Shown piece by piece: positions 13,942 to 29,324 of a stretch of 64,000 nt of DNA. The position numbers and the translations under genes were made by a program. Each line of letters begins with the position of its first letter. Positions within the stretch are counted from its first letter, which is position 1. Below the pieces are notes generated by a model, which saw only the letters and a list, made by a program, of their open reading frames with translations, ran no database searches and was not told the DNA's origin. This DNA is from the human T2T-CHM13v2.0 reference genome, Homo sapiens: assembly GCF_009914755.1 (NCBI RefSeq), contig NC_060934.1; one strand, written 5' to 3'.

Positions 13942-14612
13942 CAAAAGCAACCAAGCTGAGAAATCAAGATCTCAACTCCTTTTACAATAGCTGCAAAAAA
14001 ATTAAATACTTAGGAATATACCTAACCAAGGAGGTGAAAGACCTATACAAGGAAAACTACAAAATACTGCTAAAAGAAATCATAGATGACACAAACAAAT
14101 GGATCAACATCTCATGCTTATGGATGGGTAAAATAAATATTGTGATAATGACCATACTGCCAAAAGCAATCTACAAATTCAATGCAATTCTCATCAAAAT
14201 ACCACTATCATTCTTCACAGAACTAGAAAAAAAATCTTAAAATTCATGTGGAACTAAAAAAGAGCCTGCATAGCCAAAGCAAGACTAAGGAAAAAGAACA
14301 AATCTAGAGGCATCACATTACCTGATTTCAAACTATACGATAAGGCCACAGTCACCAAAACAGCATAGTACTGGTATAAAAATAGGCACATAGACCAATG
14401 GAACAGAATAGAGAACCAAGAAATAAAGCCAAATACCTACAGCTAACTGATCTTTGACAAAGCAAACAAAAACATAAAGTGGGGAAAGGACACACTATTC
14501 AACAAATGGTGCTTGGATAATTGGCAAGCCACCTGTAGGAGAATGAAACTGGATCCTCATCTCTTACCTTATATAAAAATCAACTCAAGATAGATCAAGG
14601 ACTTAAATCTAA
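13942..14612 (+). mobile_element. Inverted L1 ORF2 segment of the same L1PB1 insertion; degenerate and non-coding
   Basis: Track ORF 14034-14240 [22 protein letters not shown]...[12 protein letters not shown] is L1 ORF2p; TSD gtgcag(g)ctttattttc at 12774-12789 and 14613-14629. Confidence 0.9.
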
Positions 14613-14687
14613 GTGCAGGCTTTATTTTCATTTAATTTTATTAACTTGTTTGCTTTTTATTATAAAAGTAATATATACTTATGTTTA

Positions 14688-14852
<165 letters not shown>

Positions 14853-14994
14853 TTAGCAATTAGCACCAAAATGAGCATCCTTGTGTTTGTATCTTTAAGC
14901 ACTTATTTGATTGTATTTAGACGATAAATTCCTAGAGTTACTGGGTCAAAAGACACATGCATTTTACATTTTTATAGATATCCTCCATGGACCT

Positions 14995-15170
14995 TAGTAC
15001 CAGACAAAGCTGGGATTGAATCTGTACTCTGATACTAGCTGTGTTGCTTCAAACATGTTACTTTATTCTTTCTCAGCCTCAGTTTCCTTGGCTGTAAAAT
15101 GGATATAGATTATATCTCAGAGTTGTTCAAGGATTAAACAATATGTTTAGTTCAAAATGGTTAGCAGTTC
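14995..15170 (+). mobile_element. MIR SINE
   Basis: tactagctgtg...cagcctcagtttccttggctgtaaaatgg...aggattaaa. Confidence 0.75.
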
Positions 15171-16579
15171 ACATATATTCATACCTTTCTCTCCTCTTTA
15201 TTGTCCCTCTCCTAATTCCTCTCTGAGTTTTTGCAAAGATTTGGCAAATATCCCATTTCATTTTATGTCAACAAATATTTATAAAACATTTAATATGTGC
15301 AAGTTTTGACAAACGCTGTAGGGATTCTAAATGTTTTCTTTTAAGGCACAGTCCTTTCTGGAACTTACAGTATTGTACAGGAGAAAACTATCTCCCAGGT
15401 CCTACAATAGGGCAGGCCCTTACTTAACATGTTTGGAATGAGTGAGTAAAGAAAGGAAGGAATGTTGCTGAATGAGTAACACCACAGTCTGGAAAAGAGC
15501 TCAGTGTAGGTCCTAGCAGCATAGAGTGGAGCATGGAGTCAAAAGTGACGGAGATGAGATTTTGCAAAACTTTTCTTCTGGATTTTACCTAATCACAAGG
15601 GAGGCATTGGGGCTGAAGGCCAAAAAAGCATTTGCTAGAAATATACTTAAAGTCTTATGTTTTAACTTAAAACTTCACATGAAGTTTGCATTCTACTCCA
15701 TAACACATTGTTTGTTTCCAAATAAATGGAATCTTTCTCCTCAGTCCTAGCATAAAATGAACATTCCAAGAAAATGTACTATATTTATTGGGTGGCTCTA
15801 GTTCCTCCTGACATGCTTTCAGAGATATATACACCCAAGTTTGAGAAGCGTGAGATTAAGATAGATGCAGAATGAGTTCTCACTTCATGCTTCACCAGCC
15901 ATCTCCCCTCTGTCTGTACTACACACCCACTCACAGCCTCATCCCTCTCAACTTTCTGCTAAAACTCTTACCTACCCCTGTTTTCTCTTCAATCCTGGTG
16001 TTGTTTTCCTTACCAATCTAAATTTTATGTTGACACTCTGCTACTCAAAATATATGTAAGAAAAAGAAATCAGCTACAAAACTCTTCCAACATCACTTGA
16101 GGTCATTAAAGTCTCAAGGGACCCTGTCATTCATCCACATTGTGTTAGCTTCTTCTGTCTCATCCCGGTCATCTATGACAATAGACTCTCAGAGAGATGT
16201 AGCTTGTTTCATTTAAATCTTGAAAAGCACCCAAACTAATGCTGTGGTCAATTAATGTTGCTTGGGTTCTGAGCATTCAGCTGAGTGTTCTCCTCTGTGT
16301 TTGAAGGACACTGTAAATGGAACACATGTTTTGAATTGCTTCTCCAGAGCTCTGATCTTTCCACCCCTTCTCTACCCCCACTGCTTGGGCTCTGGGTCAG
16401 TCCTCATCATCTCTTGTGTGGATTATTTCCCTAGCTCCTTCCATGGGTCTTCTTGTCTTTCTATTCTACCCTCCTCGAAGCTGCTAAAGTAGCTTTTCTA
16501 ACCCAGAGGTCAGCCCACACTACTCCCTTGCTTAAAACTTAGGTGGCAACAATCTATAACCATGGGCAAGGACATTCCA

Positions 16580-16950
16580 TTTCACTTATAAACATGAGTG
16601 AAAGAAGCCAGATACAAAAAAAGTACACACGTTAAAGCTGTAAAATGGATATAAATTCTATCTCAGAGTTGTTCAAGGATTAAACAATATGTTTAGTTCA
16701 TAATGGTTAGAAAACCGATCTATGGGGTTAGAAGTCAGGATAGTGATTCCACTTGGCAGGGATGTGGAACAGTAGTGATTGGTAGGGAGCACAAAAGGGG
16801 TTTCTGATAGGTTGTTAATGTCCCATTTCATGATCTGAGTACTAGAAAAACAGATAGGTTCAGTTTATGCAAATCCATCCAGCTGTACTCTTATGTTTGG
16901 GTCACTATTCTCTATGTCTATTCTGTCAATAAAAAAGTATAAACAAACAA
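16580..16950 (+). mobile_element. L1ME-like 3' fragment carrying a foreign 74-bp insert
   Basis: gagtgaaagaagccagatacaaaa...atctatggggttagaagtcaggatagtg...tcaataaaaaagt. Confidence 0.75.
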
Positions 16951-17452
16951 AAAACATTGGCCAATTTCCCTTAGCATAATGCACAGTCATTCTCATATCT
17001 CCCACCCATTCCCCCTACCAATTATCCGCCCTATGAACCAGCCACACCAGATCACCTGATGTTCTCCAAACACAGCATGCTTCCCATTTTCTCGTGATGC
17101 TGCTCACTTCGCCAGCAAGCTCTTCGACTGAAAGTCGACTTATTCTTTGAGGCTCCTCTCAAATATCACCTCCTCCATGAGATTTCTTCCTGACTTCCCT
17201 TACTTTGTATTTTCTTTCCTATTTTTCCTATATATATAACAAGATGCATGCTCTGAAAAGTATGAGTTATACTTAATGGGACAATAGGATTAGAATACAG
17301 GGATCAGGAATGGCCTGGAAAATCCACGCTGTGTATAAAACATTGTATTATAGTAATTTCTTTGGATTTATCTCTCTATCTGGACCAGAAGTTCTTAATC
17401 ATTTCTGTGTCATGAACCCCTTTGGCAGACTCGGTAAGTCTACTGATCTCCG

Positions 17453-18325
<873 letters not shown>

Positions 18326-18854
18326 TTTCAGAACACTTTTTAAATGAATAAATACATAGGAGCACAAAAGAAATAAATGTACGGCTTTCAAAAGACAAAA
18401 AAATTTCAGATATAACTACATATGTGCTTCATTAACACAATTTCTACATCTAGCAGTGAGTCTAATAACTATTGTAATTTCAAAGTTATGATGTGCATAA
18501 ATGACATTTTAAAATTTCTGCCAAACTACCATATGCTATGAAAATATCTATGATTTCTCCTGGTAACAAAGTCACACATATTGTGAGTACTTCTGTTCTT
18601 TGGTGAATACATTTACAATTGAAGGAAATGTAAAATTTTAGTTAGAGGTTAGTGGAAAATAGACATGTGATTCTTTTTCCCCATCCAAATTCAAGAAGCC
18701 TCTGAATTCTATTAGGTTAATAACCTCTCACCTAGACTTAACCCCCTTAAAAGCAAGGATCATATCTTAACCATATTAAAAATTCAGAATTTGGCACAAA
18801 ACTTGGCACACATTAGGTGTTCAAATATTTTTTGAATGACAAACTCATGAATGA

Positions 18855-19060
18855 CAATAGCTAACTTTTACTGAGCATGTAATATATGCCAGGTTCTATG
18901 CTAGGTACTTTAAATGTTCTTAAATCCTCACGACAACTTTTTGATTGCTGCCTCCATTTTACTGATGAGAAAACAAAGACTTGGATAGGCTACATAAATT
19001 GCCATGATTTTATTGCCAGTAGGTGTCAGGGCAGGAATTTAAACTCAAATGTTTCGGACT
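18855..19060 (-). mobile_element. MIR SINE
   Basis: tatgccagg...aatcctcac...ccattttactgatgagaaaac. Confidence 0.7.
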
Positions 19061-20995
19061 CCCCCCCCACCACCCACCTCCCCAAGCCCCCAGCTGACTG
19101 CTAACTTCTACGTTTACTGCTGACAATTGAATGAAGAGATAAATGAATAAATGAATGAACAAATGGATAAACTTAACCAACTACACACTCTACTCCACTA
19201 ATTTTTACAACCAGTGGAACAATTTCGAGAAGCAATTGGCTGGAATTAGTGATGCAGGGTGGTTGTTGAATATTTCTTTGCATGAGGCAATTTGGCTCCT
19301 TGAAAAAAATTAAGCTCAAGTGCTCATTAACACTGTTTTTTAATCAAATGAACTGGCATCTGGCAAATGTTAGATGATAGATGTTTGCAGTGCCCAGCTT
19401 TAGCAGGCAAGCTCCTGGGCCACAGAGCTTTATTCACTGTAACCAGTACTAAGCTCCAAGTGCACACATCAGGTTTTTTGTGGGAAATTATCTGATGACC
19501 AAGTCTCACTTCCTTTCAAGAAAAACACTCATAATGGTCATATGCCAGTTAGGGCATTTTGCCCTATCTGAGATCCAAAGGAAGCTGTGGAGGGATATAA
19601 AGGAACCCTAGATGTCAGGGGTTCCAGATTCCTCTCTTGTCTTGAGGGCTTAGATAGGTGAGGGTCTTTCTAGGGTATTAAACCAGATGGTCTTTCAGTT
19701 CTGACTTTTATCCAAAGGAAACATATTAACTTATTTATTTCCTTTAAAAAGGTATTCTCCAAGTGAGGATTCCTGAACTTTGTGAAAAGGTAACCAAGTG
19801 CTTAAACATATGTTTGTGAATTTAGCTATTCTTATTTTACTGTTTTTTGAAATTATACAAATAATACTTGCACATGTAAAAGCACTCAAATATCCAAACA
19901 TTTAAAGCAAAAAATGAAAATCTCTTTCTCCTAATCCCACCCCTCAGAATTAACTACTGTTAAGTTTTTCGTACAGATTTCCAAACTTTTTTCTAAATAC
20001 ATACACCATATATTTACATCTATATACTCACATAAATATATGCACATGCCCATGCATACATAGATACATATATACAAATATAGCTCATCATATAGTGGTC
20101 TAAAACGTACTTTTTTCCTCAACAATATATCATGGACATCATACCAGGTTAACATGATGTTTCATCAAGGCTGTATAGTATTCCATTTTATGGATCCATT
20201 ATCATTGTTTTTACTATTCTATTGAAAGCTTTAGACTGTTGTTGTCACTGTTGTTTTGTTTGTTTGACATTGGAAACCACCTGGCAGTGAACATCCTTGT
20301 AACTATCTTGTTTAAATGTTCACACAAGAATTTCCGCACAGTAACTTCATTACCATGGATTTTTTTTAGTCAAAGAGGCACATGTTTTAATTTTTCATAC
20401 TTATGGACAAGTTCAAAAAGAGATGTTTTGAAGCTTCTGTTCCTACGGAAACTTTCTGTGAAGTTTCAAATGACTGTGAGGTCCACAGCTCTGGGTTATC
20501 TCACTCCTAAACTCATGGAATTCCTTTCACTTTAGTAAAGTTAGCATGTTTCCTGCATTACGACAATCTCTTATCCCAGAGCACATTTGAACTCCTTTCC
20601 AAACTATCCTTTATTTCAGAAGCCTCTCATGCTGCAAAGTAAAGATTAAATTCTACCTCCACTATGGATTTTTTCTAACTAGTTAGCATACACTTGCGTA
20701 CAGCTTCATTAAGTCCCTGTTTAAGCTTCCTTCTTTTCTATTGTACAAGCAAAAGAAGGTGGTTTTATTGAGAAGGAAAATGCAAGGCAATATACAGAAA
20801 GTGGTTATTTATTTGAAACAGGAACAAGGGAAAAGTTGAGAACATTTCAGAACAAATCATCATAACAGGAACCTGAAATCATGCCATAAACACCTCAGGC
20901 CCCAAGAAATACTGACTTCAATATATTCTAAGAAAAGAATTCTTAATTGTAATTTTACCAAGCACTCTGTATGTGCAGGCATTTTATAGAAAATC

Positions 20996-21299
20996 TTTTT
21001 TTTTTTTTTTTTTTTTTAGACAGAGTCTTGCTCTGTCGCCCAGGCTGGAGTGCAGGGGTGCAATCTTGGCTCACTGCAAGCTCCGCCTCCCGGGTTCACT
21101 CCATTGTCCTGCCTCAGCCTCCTGAGTAGCTGGGACTACAGGCGCCCGCCACCATGCCTGGCTAATGTTTTTGTATTTTTCAGTAGAGAAGGGGTTTCCC
21201 CGTGTTAGCCAGGATGGTCTCGATCTCCTGACCTCGTGATCTGCCCGCCTTGGCTTCTCAAAGTGCTGGAATTACAGGCGTGAGCCACCGTGTCTGGCC
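20996..21299 (-). mobile_element. AluY inserted in a MIR
   Basis: gcaagctccgcctcccgggttcac and gttagccaggatggtctcgatctcc; MIR continues (agatgaggaaactgag) to about 21460. Confidence 0.94.
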
Positions 21300-22071
21300 T
21301 AGAAATTATTTCTAATCCTCCCAATAGACTTGTCAGGTAAGTTGCAATATCTCCGTCAGGTAGATGAGGAAACTGAGCCTTACAGAACTGATGCAATTGC
21401 GTCAAGATTTCATATCCAGTAAAGTGCTTAAGATGGGGTTCAAACTCAGATTCATCTGATTTTCTTTCCATTGTACTTTGTTGTTTCTCTTGCCATCCAC
21501 ATTGCCAACTCAGAACTTCAAGGAAAAGAATCAAGACCAATGAATGGAGGTGCCAAGATGCAGAACTTAGCTCAGCATAAGGAACATAAGAAGATGAGTC
21601 ACTTTTCATGGGAGGTTGGATGATGGGTTATCTGTCAGGAGTAATGTAGATTATATTTCTGCAGTGGGTCAGAGGCTAGATCAGTCCTCTTCCAAGTCTA
21701 CACATGTATACTTTGACTCCCATATCCATTTTACAGATAGGGAAACAGAAGTTTAGAATCATTAAGTGATTCGTTCAAGTCCACAGCTCATTAGTGCAGA
21801 CCCCAAGCATAGTGGTGGCTCTTCTACTGACCTTTCCACAAGAAAACACCTACTTCTAAGTTTGTAGACTTTCTTCTATCTTGTCTATATTATCTTGAAT
21901 CCCTTTAGTCACTTGTTTGTTCTTGTAGGTTCTGCCTTGATATCTTAAACAAACACAGGATTGGAGCAGAGAGTGCCATGCTTTTATTTTCTCCTCCTAT
22001 CTCTTCCAAGAACAAAGGCACAAGGGGCAGTCTAGCGCAGGACCATTTGGCGTCACCCTACTTCACCTTAC

Positions 22072-22370
22072 TTTTTTTTTTTTTTTTTGAGACGGAGTCT
22101 TGTTCTGTCGCCCAGGCTGGAGTGCAGTGGTGCAATCTAGGCTCACTGCAAGCTCCGCCTCCTGGATTCACGCCATTCTCCTGCCTCAGTCTCCCGAGTA
22201 GCTGGGACGACAGTGTCCGCCACCACGCCTGGCTAATTTTTTTGTATTTTTGAGTAGAGATGGGGATTCACCATGTTAGCCAGGATGGTCTCAATCTCCT
22301 GACCTTGTGATCCGCCCGCCTCTGCCTCCCAAAGTGCTGGGATTACAGGTGTGAGCCACTGCACCCGGCC
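22072..22370 (-). mobile_element. AluY
   Basis: Antisense dimer with AluY diagnostics. Confidence 0.94.
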
Positions 22371-23264
22371 ACCCTACATTTTTTAATGATTTGATTTCCT
22401 CATCTAGTAGTAAAAGTACTGATGCTATATATAAAGAAAGCAATAGCATGGAGAAAGAGGACTGAAATATTCCTCAAAAATACAAAAGCCATCCCAACCA
22501 CAGGTACATCCAGTAAAAACTCTGGCAATCTTTTTAAAAGCAGTCAGGGTTGTATCAATTCTATCATCCCATTTCATGGAAAAGAAAAAAAAATGAAGGG
22601 TCTTTCAGAAACCACCACCTTCTGGACTGAAGCATGTTGGGTCATGGCCAGACTTCAGGGAGACTGGCTCAGAAAATTTACGCTGTATTTGAAGAGCCCC
22701 TGAATGTTTAAGAGTAGGCTGTTTGATTTATGTGCCACCCACACTCCATACCAGGTTGCAGATACAAGTTCCAGTCTGGTTTCTCAGTTACTTCCCTGGC
22801 AGAGAAGTGAAACCACCTATCAGAAAAATAACTCACCTTTCTGAGAGAGAATGCCACTCACCTTCTCATCCCAAATTCACTGCAACAAAGTATAAACTGC
22901 ATTTGAAAACCAAAGGCCTTGCTCATGCATTTGGAGACTTTGATTAGATCCCTAAATCCTTACTATTTAACTTAATGTAAAGTCTGGATAAGTAAATTTC
23001 TGTAAAGGCTGCTAGAAAGGCTTATCATTGAGTTAACAATTAACATCCAAACAATTTGACTCTTGGAAAGCCTATTTACTTTGATTACCTGGTTCAGGTA
23101 GTTTTCAAAATGTAATTCTTAAACATTCAAAGTGAGGGTTAGAAGGGCCTCAAGTACAGGCAAAAGCAAAGACCAGGTGCTCTCTCACTAACTGGCCAAG
23201 CAATGTTGGAAGGCGGTAAAGAGAAGGGGCTGATAGCCCAGACTCAAGCCATTTTGTTGCCTGG

Positions 23265-23693
23265 TGTTGTGCTGAACTCCTATAGACTATAATGGGGATG
23301 GCACCACGTTCAAGAGGCCAAAGAAGAGACTCAGAGACATGGAGTTTTACAGAGGAGAGAGGCCAGTGGCGGTGGGCTGGGTATGAGAACCACTTGAAAA
23401 AAGCATGCAGTTTACATAGTATTTTCGCTTAACTCCCCGTGCCTAAAACCTCCACCTGGCAACTTTCATTTAACCGAAAACAAAGGACCTCGATCTCCTG
23501 TACAGCCCTCACTCCACTGGACAGGATAGGCGCTCAGATGGTCCTTCTAAGATAAGGAACAGATCCCTGATTTGGCCACTCTTGGATTTCTTAGCTCAGA
23601 ATTCTGAACACACATTCAGGTGCATCTGCCATGTAGGATCATTCTCAGGATATGCACATGTCAAGTTATCACTGTCAGGTGTGTCTAACATTA
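23265..23693 (-). mobile_element. LTR47-like ERVL solo LTR
   Basis: tgttgtgctgaactcc...gttcaagaggccaaagaagagac...aacctccacctggcaac...acacattcaggtgcatctgcc...tgtcaggtgtgtct; 5-bp TSD cctgg at 23260-23264 and 23694-23698. Confidence 0.8.
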
Positions 23694-23905
23694 CCTGGAT
23701 TCAAAACCCAACCACTGCTATTTACCTGCTCTTTGATCTTGGGCAAATTACTTAACCTCTCAGTGCCTTAGTTCCACTGTTTCTAAACAGGTATATTAGG
23801 GCAATACCTCATGGAGGTGTATTAAATGAAACAACCTACATTAAAAAGCACTTAACACAGTACCTGGCACATAGTGAGTGCTCAGCAAATGTTAGTAATA
23901 CTATT
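23694..23905 (+). mobile_element. MIR SINE
   Basis: tcttgggcaaattacttaacctctcagtgcc...cctggcacatagtgagtgctca. Confidence 0.8.
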
Positions 23906-24199
23906 ATGTTTTAATAAGAATGGTGATTTTTCTCCACCCCCATTTGAAATGAAAATGATTGGCCATGCAGAATCAATATTGTTTTATATCCAGATTTTGT
24001 TATGTTTAATTTTCACAAATACCAACCGCTATTAAAAATAAAAAATATTAACTAGACTGGTTTTTACAACTTGATCTCTATTTATACTGTATATAATCTG
24101 CAAGTGATTAGATTTCATTTTTATTACTCTTGTTAAACTACAACATGCTTCGTTATCTCTCCCTGGGTGTGGCTTACACCCAGAACTCCTGCTGGCTTT

Positions 24200-24300
24200 G
24201 TTCAGTATGCTTTCTGTTGTTACTTTAGTTTCAGTAATCATTGTGAATGAGACTGTGAGAAACTTGGCTTGTTCAGAAGATACTGTGCATAAGACATGAG
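24200..24300 (+). other. ADD3: Candidate distal non-coding first exon of ADD3; 5' end approximate
   Basis: Consensus donor GAG|gtaagt at 24300/24301 in unique sequence; spacing agrees with my recollection of an ADD3 TSS about 10 kb upstream of the main promoter. Confidence 0.55.
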
Positions 24301-24844
24301 GTAAGTCATTAATTTCTTAGCGTTTTAAAGAGTCATAAGTCTTTTCAAAAATGGGGGAAGGAGGAAGGTCAACAAATGACTAGGATTTAACTCAAATGAT
24401 TAAAAGGACAGGATGTTCCTCTTTTTCCCCTGGGGCCAGAGAAGGAAATGAGAACTAAATTTAATGTTATGAATTCTCATGTTCATAAATTAATGTCTTA
24501 GGTTTATGTGTCCTAGTAATTATGCCCTGCTTTGGAAAGCCTTGCTCTGAAAGTTTAGTCTGAAGGTAGAAACTCAGTATCTGGGAGGGCTTAGTAGAAA
24601 CTATGAAATAAAAGTGTAGACAGTTTGCAGCAAGGTATTTAAATCATGCGTTAAACTTTCCTTCCTACCTCAGTGGTGTGACTGATGTCAAGCCATGGAG
24701 CTCTTCACTCTCTTCGGCCTCAATGAATTGTGCTGTTCAGGTTCTGCTATCATACATTTACACTTTAGTGAGAATTTAGGTTAATGTGTTACTACTCCCA
24801 GGAAGGATTTGTTTTGAAAGCTTTACCTCTAACTATAGATCACA

Positions 24845-25270
24845 AGGTTTTTATTGCTATGCCATAGATTATATTTCAAGCAACTGAGGTCACTCTAACT
24901 TAAGCAAAGCAGGAATTTATTGGAAGAATAAGGCACAGAGCTCACAGAATTGAAGAGAAAGCTGAAGAATAGGGTCTTGTAAAGACAGGAGCTAAGTGGG
25001 TTTTATGAGGTCTTCGTAGCAGTATCTAATCTCATTTTCTTCTAGGACCTCCTTTAGGTGGAATTCTAATCTTAAGTCTTTGTGTTATTACTCAAGATTC
25101 AAATGCTAGGAAGAGATTATCTGTTTGATTCAGCATGGGGTCAGCCCCTATCTCAGAAGAGGGTGGGGTGCCAAGCTGCAGCAATGAGGTAAAAAAAGGC
25201 TCCAAAGGAATATTGGGGCACCCTTACTGGAAAAGGCAAGGAATGCTGTGCAAACAAAAACAAACATTTA
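24845..25270 (-). mobile_element. Old MLT1 MaLR LTR
   Basis: caagcaac...ctctaacttaagcaaagcaggaatttattggaagaata...agctcacagaattgaa. Confidence 0.6.
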
Positions 25271-26019
25271 CTATAATCAACAAGTAAAGGAATTTCACAG
25301 ACCTGTAAATAGGGATACTTTGGAGATATAGTCAGAGAAGGCTGTTGCTGCCCTTGAAATCCCTGCACTTAGGTAGCCATTTTTCTTCACATGATGAATC
25401 CTTCTGAAGGACCCCTTCACAATGACAGTCTATAAGTCAAACGAGACAGAAGGGACTCTAGGATTCTTTCGCTGCTTTTCTCTCAAAAGCTTTTAAATCA
25501 CACCGTATGATTTGACTATATTTGGGAATGCCATTGAATTCTTAAAGCCATGCTTTGTGGTCTTTTACACAGATGCCACTGAAATGTAGTTTCTAAGGCA
25601 AATATTTGAAAGAACACTGATACATCTAAACTTGTAGTCCACTGCACACCTACAGTGCTGGCTAAATGTGCAGCTTCCAGAGTGCAACATCAGACCTACT
25701 ACAGAAGAGTTTTGATGGGGAAGGGTTAAGATGGGGGCTGATGCTAACTTTTAATAACGATCTAAATCCGGGCGGTTTTCATGTACACTTAAATTTGAGA
25801 ACTACTGAACCAGTCTCAACAAATCCTAATATTTATTGGGTATATACTCTGTGACCATCAATGTTCTAGACTCTAGACTGTACTAGGGATACAACAATGA
25901 ACACGATAAAGTTCTTGCTCTTTTGAAGATTCCTATGGGGAGGAAATTAATGATAAATAAGTACAACAAAATTAATTAACAAAATAATTATAAAGTGGAG
26001 TTTGTACTCTGAAGAGAAG

Positions 26020-26960
26020 AAAGAGGGTAATCTCAAACTTAGCAGAAGGGCTCGCTTTTATCTGTTATACTACTTCTTCTCAAGTCTTCTCTGTCTCAGG
26101 TAATGGTACTACCATCCATCAAGACACTAAGGTCAAAGGCTTTGGAGATCACTCTGGATTGAGTCCTCTCTTTCTCTCCTTTTCTGCACTCAACTCATGT
26201 ACTCCATCAGCAAGTCTCCAAAATATACCCAAGATCTTTCACTTCTCTTCTCCACAGCTACCCCTACAACAAGACCCCATTTCCTCTTGTCAGGATGACT
26301 TTAATGGCTTCCTAACTAGCTTCCCAGTCTCTAGTCACATCTCTCTAGTGTTCATTCTGCACATAGCAGCCAGGAAATTCCAAAAATGCAAATGAGACTG
26401 TAGCCTTCCTTTGCTTAAAACCTTCTGAAAGTCAAACTCCTCACCATGATCTGCCAGACCCACATGATCCAGCCCCCACCTAGCTCTCCTGTCTTGGGCC
26501 TCTCTCCTTCAGTCACAGTGTTTGACCACCATGCCTTTCCCTCAATCTCTCAATCATACCAAACTTGTTCCTGCCTCATGACCTTTGAACTTACTTGTCT
26601 CTCCAGCTGCCGACTACAGATCATTCAGGTCTCAGCTCAAATGTCACCTCCTCAAAGACACCTTCTTCATCCATCCTAACTAAAGCAGTACCCCTCCCCC
26701 ACCCTAGTCATTGTCAATGGCCTATTTTACTTTCTTCTTAGCCTTTAGCATCTGAAATTACCTTATTTATTGATTTGTTTACATGTTAACATCTGTTGTT
26801 TTCCCAGTACAATAAAAGCTTCATGAGTACAGGGATTTTTGTTCATTTTGTTCACTACTTTGTCTCTACCACCCAGAACAGTGCCTGGCACATAGCAGGA
26901 GTTCAACAAATACTGTTGCCTTAATGAGTGAAAATAACTGAGTGAATTAATGGACAGTGA
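26020..26960 (+). mobile_element. L2 3' region
   Basis: caggtctcagctcaaatgtcacctc...agaacagtgcctggcacatagcaggagttcaacaaatactgttg. Confidence 0.8.
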
Positions 26961-27584
26961 CTGGAAGTGTGGCAACTTAAACAAGCTCTCAGTAAATGAA
27001 CGCTGGGTGTTTCAGGGTTTGGGGACTACGTACATTCTAAATTTGCCCTACACAAACTCTCTACTCCAGGCAAACAGATTTGTTTGCTACTCTACCAACA
27101 CACTTTATATTTTGCTGTCCATGTTCAATGAGGAGACCTAGGTTGTGCATTCATAATGAGCTTGACCCTGAGCAAAGCACTGTGGGACCTGTCTCAGAAA
27201 GCTCACATGCATACGCTTCCTCCTGCCACCGCCATCACCTAAGGCCCTTCTCCTCGTTTTTCCCCCATTAAAGTTCTGCTCTTCCCACTCACAGACATCC
27301 TCCCTGTTTTCTCCAGCAGGAATTGACCTCTATCTTCCCTGACTCCTTTTGGACTCTCTTATTCCCTGACTCTGGTATATTATACTTACAAAATATGTGC
27401 CTGGGCAAATTATTTAACCTTTCTGAGTCTCAGTTTCCTCATTTGAAAAACAGGATCAATGATACTAATTTAGCAGGACTGATATCATGATTAAATGTAG
27501 TATAAACTTCAAGCATAGTGCTTGGCACATAATCACTCTTTAAACTGTAGCTATAACAAATATTATTTTCCTCATTATTAATAA

Positions 27585-28122
<538 letters not shown>

Positions 28123-28524
28123 TAATAACACATGCTCAAGAACTATCTGCTGTAAATAATAAGATGATTTATAGCTCTGAGAGTTAATGATTTGTATTAT
28201 GTCAGAATATAAGCTGGTCTGAAAAATCAGATCAATTCAGTCTGCAATTTTTGTGTGAAAACTTGGGTTTGGATCTGTCAGCTGCTTAAATAGTGTGCTG
28301 ACGCAACCTGTCCCTTCCATTCATTCGACGAGTACTTTTGAGCACCTACTATGTGCCATGCTCTGTTATGAGCAACTGGTAAAGACTTCTAAAATAGGGA
28401 AATTATTACATTCATTTGTCAATATTTCTGTTATGTTTATAAACTCCACTTTTGCAGTTCCATACTCTTCCCAAGAAACTGGCTCATATTTTAGAATCTA
28501 AGCACTTAGAGAATGTACAGAACA

Positions 28525-28770
28525 TACAGCATGATGAACTGTTAGGCTCTGGAGTCAGAAAGCCTGGATTTGATCCCTAGCAGTGTTAATTCTATGCTTT
28601 GATATCCTGGGCAAGTTACTTATTCTCTCCAAGGCTCAGTTCCTTAATCTGTACAATGAAGATAATAATACAGTAGTATCTACCTTTAAGGGTTATTGTA
28701 GGTATGAGATGAAATAACACATATAAGACATTCAGTACTGGTATGTTTTAAGAGCTCAAAATTTTAGCCA
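28525..28770 (+). mobile_element. MIR SINE
   Basis: ggctctggagtcaga...gggcaagttactt...ctcagttccttaatctgtacaatg. Confidence 0.8.
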
Positions 28771-28986
28771 CCATTAAATTACTAGTTCACATTACTCTAC
28801 CAAACATACTAAGAACACTAGACAAGAATAATGCACCTGGAAACTCATTTTTGAACACAGAGTGAGAGAATAAACAAATATTTAAATTCCATATGGTGTC
28901 AGGCATTAGAAGCTCTCCATATGTTATGTCATTTAATCCTCACAACAATGTCAAACAGGTATTATCTTACAGATTAAGATACTAGG

Positions 28987-29324
<338 letters not shown>

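Noticed and set aside
13450-14240. ORFs resembling a reverse-transcriptase protein
   Set aside because: Frameshifted L1 ORF2 remnants in a truncated, inverted L1PB1
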